Shown here in pieces: positions 1 to 11,400 of a stretch of 64,000 bases of DNA. Within the stretch, counting starts at the first letter, position 1; each line of letters begins with the position of its first letter. This DNA is from Callorhinchus milii (taxonomy: Eukaryota), in assembly GCF_018977255.1 (NCBI RefSeq), contig NW_024704746.1, positions 24,118,001 to 24,182,000 of the forward strand, written 5' to 3'. Below the pieces are notes generated by a model that was not told the DNA's origin, did not search any database, and saw only the letters and a program-made list of their open reading frames with translations. The position numbers were made by a program, and so were the translations under genes.

Positions 1-756
1 AATCAACTAGTAGTTAAGTATTAACAGGTTTTATACTCCAGCCCCTAGAAACATTGAACATCGATGGTGCCTTCAGACTTTGCTAATACAGTACTTAAGA
101 ACCATCGATGTTTAACAAGATTATTTAAGCAGACTGAAGGACAGGACCTGCGGAGGGTATGCCTGGAATGCCAGCTAATCCTTTGGTGTGCTTTCTAAAA
201 CTAATAGAATACTTCTGAGCAATTACCCACACAGCTGTGGATCAGTTCTGGACACTTAAAGGGTATGTAGAGAGTAAGTGTGAAATACACAAGAGAATAA
301 TGGATGACTGTCAGCGAGCTGCAAGTCAATAATCTTTAAGCGACCGATTAAGTCACAAGCCATTGGACCAAAGCTCAAGCTGTTTCTGAATATCAGCGGC
401 TTAGAACATTCAATGACGTGACTGAAACTCACCACCTTTACCAATTGTTTAGCTCTTATGTTATATGATCCTTAAATAACATATACTTATAATCAGTGTA
501 GGGTATGAGCACACTAACTTCAGCATCAAAAGCTTCAGATTCATGGTCTACCACGTGTATCAGCAGATTTAACAAACACTCAATGCCCCGTCTAACCGGA
601 ATTCAGGTGTAGCCAGACCAGGTCTGAAATTTTTTTCGAGTAAAACATTAGTATGTGTTGTGGTGAGATTCTAATTGCACTGTAAAGCGGTGTTAGATTC
701 AGTGGGCAGTTTTGTGAACTTAAAAATGATGCTGATGAAATGACTGAGATTTTGAA

Positions 757-1110
757 ATAATAGTAATCCTTGTATTTGATATAGCGCCTTATCACGTCTT
801 CGAGACATCTCAAGCGCTTCACTGAATATACTGTAAAATGAGTTGACTGTATATTTTGTAGGTGAAACACGGCAGCCAATTGCGCACAGCAGCGTCCCAC
901 AAACAGTCAAGTGACCAATTTATTTATTTTAAGGAATTATTACCCCTGGAGAAGCGATCTGCCAATCAACTAACAACCAGGTTCCTACTTACTGCTATGT
1001 GAACAGAGGTGTGTGGAGTAAGGAAACTTGCCCAACATTTCGCCCTGCTGGGAATCCAACCCATGGCTCTCGCTGGCGAGGTGAGTGGTCTAACCACTGA
1101 GCTACAGGAT
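757..1110 (-). mobile_element. tRNA-derived SINE, near full length
   Basis: Head TCCTGTAGCTCAGTGGTTAGA, core GCTGTGCGCAATTGGCTGCC and (TTA)n tail, shared with many copies in the window. Confidence 0.9.
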
Positions 1111-2321
1111 TGGCCTGTGTTACGATGAAGGCTATGAGTGAAAGCAAATTCTCTTGCCTCTAAATGGAAGAGAAGATGAAGAGAAAGTGAACTGGAACCT
1201 AACATCTGGCTGCTGAGTGAGACGAACAGATGTGCAACTGTTGTGTTCCCTCGGTGGAAGAACGGTGATAGTAAAACACAATGAAGAGAGAAAATTACCC
1301 ACAGAAGCTGTTAGCGAAAGGTTATAGCAACAATAAAAGAAATCCCCAGCATCCGTTTCAACCTGATATTTTTTTACCAATGAAATATGGAATAAACTAC
1401 ACGCAGCAAACATTAGATTAAATGGTTCAGGTTTATTTTGTTAGTTAATCTCCTATTGTGCTGGAGACTAAACACGGCAGTATAAGTCACATGGAGAAAG
1501 CTCACTGGTCACAGTGTCTGGATGTCCAAATAATCACCTCAAATTAACAGGGGGGGCCGGTGTGAGGAACAAGGAACACATCAAGATGATAAACACAGAA
1601 AATAGCAGTTCTGTACACATCTTTCATTCTGGGGGTGTACATAAAGAGAAGGCATGCCACCGAACCTCTGTAATGAACCCAAGTAACAACAATATATAAT
1701 ATATAATATATATTTACTCTTTAAAAATATACTTCAGTCAGATGGCTACTTCTGTACAACTAAAAAAATAAAAATTTATATAAATAACTTATATGGCATA
1801 CAACATTTTAACTGTGATTACATATACCCATCAACCAAAAAAAAAGAAGCATGATCAAATTAGGTATCTTTTTTTAATGTGACGGGTATACCTGTTTCTC
1901 TCTCGTGCTACAAAGCTACAAGATTCACAGAAAGAAAGAAAGAAAGACACTTCTCTACTAGATCCTATAATGCAAATATTTTTTTCCTTTTCTTTTTTCC
2001 CCTCACACTTGATACAGCATTTGTATTTTTTTTAAATGAAATATTAAACAAGGTGTTAAGAGCGAAGCAGCCACTTTGCTTCAAGTATATAACAAAAAAG
2101 GTTGAGAAAAAAAATGTAAGTTAAAATTCCCTGCATTTTTGCTGAATTGGCAGTGATGAGACAATTCACAGCTATCAACCCGTAAAACTCTGGAAAGCCA
2201 ACTACATTCTGAGAGTGTTGTATTTTAATAAACTCTGTGTTAATTCCATCTAGACCATCGCACGACTTTAAATGGTGCAGAGAGATGTGTACAGTGACTG
2301 TATACCCTGGCTCCTGTGAAA

Positions 2322-2485
2322 AGTGATCCGCCAATCGACTAACAACCAGGTTCCTACTTACTGCTGGTAAACAGAGGCGTGTGGAGTAAGGAAACTTGCC
2401 CAACACTTCACCCTGCTCGTGAATCAAACCCAGGTCGTCTCACTTGCGAGGCGAGTGCTCTGAGCACTGAGCTACAGGACTCCAC
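2322..2485 (-). mobile_element. SINE 5' half, inside the putative 3'UTR
   Basis: GTGGAGTCCTGTAGCTCAGTG head plus internal segment matching 960-1110. Confidence 0.85.
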
Positions 2486-2981
2486 CTGGACAGCTCCCAC
2501 TAAATATCCCTATCCAGTTATAATCCACACCTGGTAAGATCGTTTGTGAACAGGAATGTTATCCAGGCATAGGGATGGTCCAACATTTTCTTTTGAAAAA
2601 ATGTTATTCACGGGTTTTACATCAGAAACATTTTTAAATCTTAAAATTTCACACAGCAAACAGGAGGCGAGTTGAGAAGATGCTCAACTGATGGGAAGGA
2701 AGGAAGAGTTGGGTGTGCATTGGTTGCTAAGGTAGAAGCAAACATGTCAGAAAATATGTGTATCTTTAGAGCTAAACAAAGCATGTCCCTAAGACATCTC
2801 CCCTCATTACTCGTTTCAGCAGAGTTGCGATTGGTATTTTGGAGGGTGAGGGAATTGCACAGAAGGTCATATACATTTATTGATGTTCTTCCTGTGATAT
2901 TTAGAGGATACAAACCATGTGACTCAGTATCCAATCCAGAGTGTTATAGGTAAATATCTATGTGACGTATACTGTGGGGGT

Positions 2982-2992
2982 TTTATTGTACA
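2982..2992 (-). terminator. Candidate polyadenylation signal (TGTACAATAAA)
   Basis: AATAAA preceded by UGUA and a U-rich upstream tract on the minus strand. Confidence 0.45.
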
Positions 2993-4881
2993 AAAATATA
3001 AATATAACATCACCAAAATGACAAAAAAAAACAGAAAGACTCATTTATTTTTTACTGGCTAAGTGTGAGGCTCTGATTTCCTCAGTCCTGTTAGAAAGGG
3101 ACACAAAAGGATACTCGAATCTTAAAAGGGGTTGCGGACACTATGTTGGACGGAATGGTGCGTGGGAGGTGGTGGGGTGGGGAGTGGGTGAGGGGTGGCT
3201 CTGTCAGGGGGAAACGTTTCAACTGTACATGTTAATGTGAATTAGCCGAGCAGGAAACAATTCAAGGGCCCAAACAAAACTTAGTTGCGTAAGTCATTTG
3301 AGTGTGAAAGGCTAAAGCTAACCTGTGTGATTGACATTCTGTCACAGGTGGTGGGGACAGACACGGAGAGCACCTGTGTGGTTGGAACCAACACTACACA
3401 CATTCTTAAGGGCGTTATATTTCTGTTCTTGTAAGATACTGCAAGCTCCCCGCTGAGAGGGTTTCCTACACCCCCTGTAATTGTCGTTCACAGCGCAAGG
3501 GAGAGAAAACAGCTAAGACAAACACGCCATTACTCTTGGCAGTAAAATCACCTCTGAGCAGTGGGTTGAAACATGGCATTAACAGAGGCCAAGGAACAGG
3601 TTAGTTTGTCCACCCTGAGGGTTAAGGGTTTGAAAGTGGCTATTTTCTCTCCTCCTCCCCCCGCCCCTCACTGCTAACTTTTCCGCACTTCTCTGCTGAA
3701 GGCTGGAGTGAGCTTCCGTGAGCTTTGTGCCCATTCTGCAGGTGTGAGTCTGAACAGTGAGTGTGAACAATCTCTCCAGCCATCAGGCTGAGCACACACA
3801 AGGGATGGCATTGGGTCAGGGATGGATTTTTAGACTTAACAAATTAAAATGACCGATAACTTTAAACTTTTCGAACAAAACGACAGAAGAATGCCCAACA
3901 TTCCCAAACATAGACCCGGAACCATAGTGATCGATCTGACACAATTCTTTCAAGGCAACTAGTTATTTGCATAGAAAGAAAAACCTGATGGGAAGGGATG
4001 AGGTGGGGGGGTGGAGGGTGGGGATGAGAGAGGAAATGTCATCTCTATAATCTTTTAGTTTTTTTTTAAAAAAGAGTAGCAGCAAAATAATCAAGCAATT
4101 ATCATTTACCTAATCAAAAAGTTACATACCAAGATTCTCTTCAATGTACACACACTACACATCACCATTTATTAGATCTCTGACTCTCTGGGGAGGGCTT
4201 GACATTTCTCTGGCTGCTAAATATGGTGCCTCATATTTAATGTGCGAGCGAGCGTGTGAGGAAAATATCCCCATCCCAAACGCACACATTGTCAAGGTCA
4301 CTACACGTAGCAGCAAGAGGAAATTCTCGCACTTTACGTAACACAGCATATAATACAGAAGTATACAGTACATCATTAAATAGGTTTGTCTTGTTTTTTT
4401 TTAGTATTAAAATATATTTAAACACCAACTTAATATTTTAAAATAAATTCTCCTGACTGTCTCCATCTTGAGGTTTATGTACATAGGCAGTTTCAGACGT
4501 TTCTGGAGCTGGAGGCCGGCAGGATATGGGAGGGGGTGGGGGTGAGTGGGTGGCGGGGGATGTGGAAAGGGGGTGCTTGTGAGCATTCTTTGGTTGCCAC
4601 GTTCATGTGGGGCGACCTGCAAAGCACAAAGTGAAAGATAAGCACATGAGTAAATCCAGTCCAACACATCAGGGGAGAGAGAGTGACAAAGCCGTTTAAT
4701 ATTACATTCAGTTTCTCCTAAATGACATGTAAAAGTGGCTAATGTTCAAGGTTTACATTCAACACTGTTTATAATCAGATCATCCCATAATAACAGGTGG
4801 AGACCTGCATTCTCACTAGAACATGCGCATTAATATGAGAATTATTAGTATTATTATGAGGAGTTTGGTACAAATACTGAC

Positions 4882-5427
4882 CTAATGCCTTCTTGGGGCT
4901 TCCCTGCTCTTTGCTTCACATTCAACAACATCCTGAAGTTCAAAAACCTCCACTTTGGAGTCTGTCCTTTTCTCCGGGAATGGACAGGAGGCCACACACG
5001 GCTCCTCAAAGCAGTCCGACTCACTGTCCTCGAACCCTTCGTGGGTGTAGCCTCTGAACGGCTGCGACACCCCGGGAATCACGGCCACCGTCACTGAGGC
5101 CGTGGCGGTCACTGTGGTGAAAGGGTTGCTCGGCCCAGGCACACGGCTGCAATAGGCTGGGAGTGTAGTCCTAGGGTGGTGAGTCCTGTTGTACCTGGGG
5201 CCGCTTTGACTCCTGGAGGAATTGACAGGCAGAACAGTTTGAGAAGCCCCTCTGTTGCGCAGTCTGTTGTTGGGGGCCTGTTTCCTGGCTTCTCTGGCCT
5301 CTGGAAACAAATCTTTCGGGTCCTGCCAGGCCAACTGAGAACTAACAGAATCCACCGTTGGCCCCTTGGAGTTCAGCCGATTCTTCCTGTACGAGGAATC
5401 CTTTAGCTCCTTGAATGGCTTCACAAG
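4882..5427 (-). CDS. ptch2: ptch2 exon 23, last coding exon (LVKPFK...[13 protein letters not shown]...[16 protein letters not shown]...RRH*)
   Basis: AACAG acceptor (weak pyrimidine tract), in frame with exon 22, TAG at 4882-4884; PTCH1-like motifs TTVTA.ASVTVAV and DSKVEV.ELQDV. Confidence 0.9.
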   Translation of the reverse strand, partial: LVKPFKELKDSSYRKNRLNSKGPTVDSVSSQLAWQDPKDLFPEAREARKQAPNNRLRNRGASQTVLPVNSSRSQSGPRYNRTHHPRTTLPAYCSRVPGPSNPFTTVTATASVTVAVIPGVSQPFRGYTHEGFEDSESDCFEEPCVASCPFPEKRTDSKVEVFELQDVVECEAKSREAPRRH

Positions 5428-8400
5428 CTGTTCATGATAATGATAATAAACACAGAGAAAATCAGATCCATTGGATTTTTTTAAGATAAAGTTAATTAAT
5501 ATGAATGACATTTACCTTGCCCCTGCATCTAGCTTTCTAACTAAACAGTTACGCTGGCCTGAAAGACCGAGATCTGTTCAAGGATTAAAGCTACCGGCTA
5601 CAGGCTTGTAGCTAGGTTACTCCGCCACAAAATATACGGTCACTACACTTTACAGTGTATCATGTGAAGCGCTTCAAGATGTCTCGAAGATGTGATGAGG
5701 TGCTGTGTCAAATACAAGGATTATTATTATTTATTTCTATTATTATTACTGGAGGGAAGCAGAACTCTGAAACCATCGCTAAAGCAGCCTTGAGAACAAC
5801 AACAACAAGATTACATTTGTACAGTGCCTTTCACGTCGGGAGGAACAGAGGTCTTGAAGACCCAATTTTGTGTTTTTTTTAAAGAAAAAAACACTTTTCT
5901 AGTTCAGAGAGAAGCACAATATCAATGCAATTTGTTGTGTTGTTTGCAAATCAAAAAGAGCAAGACTTACTGTGACTCGTGGGAAGCTGGGATTGGTGCC
6001 GGACTCCACCAGGATCTGTGACGGGGGGATGATGTAGGCACTCTGGTCAAAGTGCTGCAGGTCCTCCTGACTGATCCCAGACACTGTCGTCTCAGAGTAA
6101 TACTCGGAATCCGAGGACTCACAAAACCCGCTCTGCTGCTGCGGGAACGTCCGGACGTAAAAGCCGTGATGGTTCATGGGCGGCGGGATGGGTTCGGGCG
6201 AAGGGGTTGGCAAACGGCTCCCTCGATCTGCTGGCATGACCTACAGACAAAACGTATTCAAAGGATTAATGATAAAAAATGGAATAAAAGGATTAATGAT
6301 NAAAAAAATCAACATTTTTCTCTCTCTCCGGAGCTTAATCTCTCAGTTTTTCTTGAGCATGGACTCACTTTGGTCACCAGGAACCAACTTCCCATTAAGA
6401 GCACATTTGGGCCACTCCTTCCTGACGTTGAACCCACACAAACGTTTGACTCAAGAGGCGAGAGGGCCACCGACTGGGACAGGGTGGGTAAATGGATATT
6501 TGGGGAATAATTGTAAAGTTGTGATCTACTCAAGAGCTTCAAATGGTTTATATGCAGAAGAACGGATAGCTTGAGTAACACAAGGTTCACAAACTGTGAG
6601 AGGAGAGCTTGCTAAACCCTGGGATTACATTACAGCCTTGAAGTTACTCAGCTGCTGCACTTATGCTGCAGATTCACAACAAACGAATGTGTAACTCTCT
6701 GGGCCTAGTTCCAATTAGACTAATTACTTATACGGGGTGAGGCGCTCGCTGGGCAAAATTCGCTTTGAAATGATTCTGAAACCTTACGTAATCAAACATT
6801 ACCATGCTTCCAACAAAAAACACAATAGTTTCTGTTTCTTCATAGAAGTTACATATCGAAGAATCCATTCAGCTCACCAAGCCCAAACTCCTAAGAAATA
6901 CTTAGGCCTTTCAGAATTTTTTAAAAACATCACCCTCTAATTTGCAGGTTGTGTTAACAGCCCATGACAAAGTTTGCAGGTTGAGTTAACCTTGTGCAAA
7001 TGTTAACAGATGCCACGACTCGTTTTATTAAACCACCAGTACATAGAATTACAGCATCACTTCTATCATTATGGACATTTCTTTTCTGACTCCTTTTAAT
7101 CATTTGCTCATTTGTTATAATAATAATCCTTGCTATATATAAATATACACACACACATTGTTGTTATTGTTGCTGCTAGTAGTTATCAGAAACAACTAAT
7201 GGATTGAGTGTCCAAGCTCAAACAGTTTGCATCTTTCTTTCCTTTTCACTGATCCAAGCAGTTGCAATAAATTAATTTTTTTTAAACATTTGCCGTGCTT
7301 ACCTCAGCAGGGGGTCCGATAACTGACAACAAGACAGGAAGTAGGACCAGACCATTAAGAATGCCCAGGATGGTCAATATAGTCAAAACAGCAAAGAAAT
7401 ACCTGTGAATGGAGAGAACACATGGATTTGTACTACGATTGCTCTCGTTCAGTATATTTCCGATGAACGTTTGAGATAACAACAATAAAAGCGGGCCAAT
7501 GAATATTAAGCAATTAACCAGGAGGTTATTGCAAGCCGAGGTCCAGTTCAAAGCTTTCTGTATTCTGACAAACTATTTGAAAGATGTTCTCTCTCTCTCT
7601 CTCTCGCCCACACCCCCAAACACACACACACACACACCCCACCCCGTTTCTGGTACTTGGAAAGATAATTCACGATGGGGTGAAAATGCAATCTGTGATG
7701 TAACAATTAGGACGCATTCCACTTTGATGCATTAACAGAGTTATGGGGGAAAATAAGTTCCATTGGGGATGAAAGCATGAAGGCAGACAGACACCCCTTT
7801 CCCCCCAGCCGTTCAACAACAACAACAACAACAAGATTCCATTTATTTAATAAATTATTCAATAATTTGAATGCGCTGCAATCCCACATGTTTTGTGACT
7901 GCGCTGTGTAAGTAGGTGGCATATCCCAAGGTCAGCAATGAGTTACATCTCCTGCTGTGGAAATAAATTGGGAAAGGTTGTGAATAATTATACTCAATTT
8001 CCCCTTTCAGGCTCGTTGGTCTGGAGGCATTAATTACAGAGCAAAAGGTCTCCAAAGAAACTCCTCACTGTACTTAGAAGGATTAAGACATTTGGCTCGA
8101 TTTCAAGTGAAATTCCTCAGCAAAAGGCTTAGCCCTATTCCCAGTGGCAAGCTCATCTATCATTACAGTCTTGGTACTTCCTGCTGCATGTGTCTGTGTG
8201 AGAGTGTGTGAGTGTGTGTGTGTGAGAGTGTGTTTGTGTGTGTGTGAGTGAGTGTGTGTGAGTGAGTGAGTGTGAATGAGTGAGTGTGTTTGTAAATGTG
8301 ACGAGGTGTCTGCCACAGGCTCAATTCTACAATCAAGAAATATTCAGTATCCACCTTGTAATTCACAGAGACAGTCCCACACCGTGTCTGTCAAGCGCTC

Positions 8401-11400
8401 CCCAGACATTATCCTGTGCGAAGGACTCTATATAAATGCAATTTGTAGTTGCCGTAGTCATATTGCCCTTCGCGTATGTGCGAAGTTTGACATGACCCCA
8501 AGTTAAGCACCTCCTGCTATATAGACGGGTTCTCACATCAAATGCTCATTTACTGCTGCCATAAAAAAAACATATCGACTCAGAGCTTCGATAAATCTGC
8601 GGAAAACTGTCCAGTGTTCAAAGATATTGTAATAACAATAATAATCCCTGCCTTTCACGTTGCACCTTCTCATGTCACTGAATGTCTGAATGTGCTTCAC
8701 AGGATTTACTGGAGAGTATTACCGTGTATTTTGTAGGTGAAATACACCCACCACAGATAAGGTGTTTAAAAAAGCTGTACACCAAAGAAATCGCTCAATG
8801 ATTGATTAAAAAAAGACCACCTAGTAACTAGCATTACTGCTGTATAGTCAAGAAGGTTGAAAGTTCAATTCCTGATCTGTGCTGTTATCTCAGCCAGGCT
8901 GAGATTGTGAAATAACAACAGTCATGGTACTGTATGTAACAGTATCCTACCACCAATGGCAAGCAAAGTGCCACCCGGTTGCCCACATCAACAAACACAG
9001 GCATTTCGAAAGAGCGACATTTTACACACCAGATGCTAAATAGCACATAGGCTCACTTCCCAACCCCCTGACGTCAGGAACAAAGCATCAGCGAGCACAA
9101 GAGCATGGATCCAGAAGTCAATTTTTGTTCAACGATATTAAAAGTAATCTATTTTCCCTTCCATGAGATTTGTTGGGTTAGGGAACCAAAGGGATACGGG
9201 GCAAAGGCGGGTAATTGGAGTTGAGGTACTGATCAGTCCTGATCTTATGGAATGTCGGAACAGGCTCGAGGGGCTGAATGGCTGCCAACTGTTCCTATGT
9301 TTCTATGCCATGTGTCCACATATACACTCCCCTTCAGGCTTTCAATCATTATTCTCCAGTTGAGAGGCCAGGCTGGGAGAGTGGGCGACTATTACTGGGA
9401 ATAACACAACAGTAGAACATGCTGACATATCCATTTTCTCCTCTGGATAGAAGGAAGTGGTCTTGTTGTCTGGATTCCCACCACCCCCTCCCCACCCCAC
9501 CCATTGAGATCAACTCACTGTGTGTAGCATTTCTAGATATTGTCCTGTAACTCTGTGATGTGGTGTATTTACGCTGGAGCCCATTACGCAACTTGTGTAA
9601 ACTTTGGGGTCTATTATATTAGTTGCATAAACCATGTGCAAACCCGGAGGGAATGACTTGTGCCTTTAATTATGTAACTAACAATCAACGGCCATTTAAA
9701 CATGGTTTACACAACTCGCATAACAGACCCCCATGATTATCACATCAACACGATCATTTCCGATTGGAATATAGTGAGCCATAATCCCTCCTGGGGGTTA
9801 CGGGGTTAATAGGCATTTTCAGAAATAAGGTTATTACACAATTGACTCTGGTGTTGATTATAGCAGCAAATGAAAATGATTAATGGACCACCTCTGATAA
9901 CCTTCAACACCAACCCCATCCTTTAAACTAGTGCTACACGATTGCTGCAGCAACCACACAGCGTATTATCAGCTATTCATTTTACGTAATGAACATTCTG
10001 AAAATCATATCTTGATTTTTTTTTGGGGGGGAAGAATGGGGGGGGAGGGAGGGGAGGAAGAGCATTAGAAACTGTTTGTTTCCTAGGACCTTCATACAGG
10101 CACTGTGCCTCACAATCCTGTCTTGTTATTTATACTTTCTGTAATCTCTTCCCATTGCAACACAGACTCGCTGAGAAATGCAGTTTGCTCAGCTGTTTAT
10201 GGTGCACGCACTGAAGGGGAAATATTTACAACAAAACCCTCTTTACAATAAGCCACGCTATCTGACCAGCTTGAGGAATGAGACCTCCCTGAATCAAAGT
10301 GTTCTGTGTGCTTCACTTATTCCAACGCTTGTTCCTCCACTTCCCCCCGGTGGCCGTGCCCTCAGCCACTATGCCCCGAGGCTCTGGAACTCCCTTCCTC
10401 ACTCCCTTCCCCTCGTCCCCTCTCTTCCTATGTTCAGGTCTCTGTTGAAGACCTTTCTTTTCAATCACACCTTTGGTCACCTTCCGCCCCCTCCCTGACT
10501 CTTCCCCCTCCCACCCCCGGCTCGGCCCCAGGATCCGTTATTGTGAAGCTCTGAGATGCCGTCCGGCGTGGGGTGCACTATATACATCCAAGTTGCTGTT
10601 TTCTTTTATGAATTGGGAGTGGGTGGGTGCAAAATAGTGTCGCTGTTTCGTATCATTTCTAAAAGGAAAATGCAATCCGTAAGTATATACGAATTTGTTG
10701 GCGAAAGAAGACCATGGTCCATCTAGTCCGCCTTCCACCTCCTGGCACTCGCTTGACATGTCATGTCCCAAACTATATACAGTATCCCCAGATATTTATT
10801 TTCTAGGAGAAATCGATCTAATTTGTTCTCAAGACAAGCAACATTTTGCATAGCTTCTGTCTAGCTACTGTGCCTAATGGCAATCTAGTGGGGCAGGTGA
10901 TGATCTATTTTTTTTGTATTGTTCATATTCGAGTTGAAATAGTGGCATATTGGGGAATGATGGGTGTAAATCTTATCAGGAATTCCAAATCTTATTCTCC
11001 CCCCTCCTCATCCCTCACTTCACCTGAACAGAAAAAAAACGAGTGGGGGTGAATTTTCTTTGGTTTCTCAGCTATATTTTCCTTGTGCTGTCTTGAATGA
11101 AATGATCGTGAGATAGGGGGTCAACACCTTCAAGTGAAATGGAGAGAAAAAAAATCAATGAGCGTGAGAGAAAAGAGAGGGGGGGGGTGGGGAACGCTCC
11201 CTTTGTAATTAAACCTACAATTTTATAGATGGCTTCAAACCGTGCACTCCAGTCTTCTCTGAACGTCAAACCCCGAGGACCACCAGCCCACCCTAGAAGA
11301 CAACACTTTTCCAGTCCCAAGTTCTGCTCTGGGAACACGCACTGACTGGATAGCTACTGAGTGCCATAGGTTACGCCAATCAAACGAGCAGACATGACAG

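Larger units (their letters stand above)
1415..4616 (-). other. ptch2: Probable terminal non-coding exon 24 / 3'UTR of ptch2 (3' end uncertain)
   Basis: GTCAGT donor directly after the stop; acceptor TTATCTTTCACTTTGTGCTTTGCAG at 4617; AU-rich sequence; minus-strand AATAAA at 3044-3049, 2982-2987 and 1432-1437. Confidence 0.6.

Noticed and set aside
4885-6574. Plus-strand ORFs overlapping exons 22-23 (and similar ones opposite exons 8, 14, 17, 18 and 19)
   Set aside because: They are antisense shadows of real coding exons, with no independent support.
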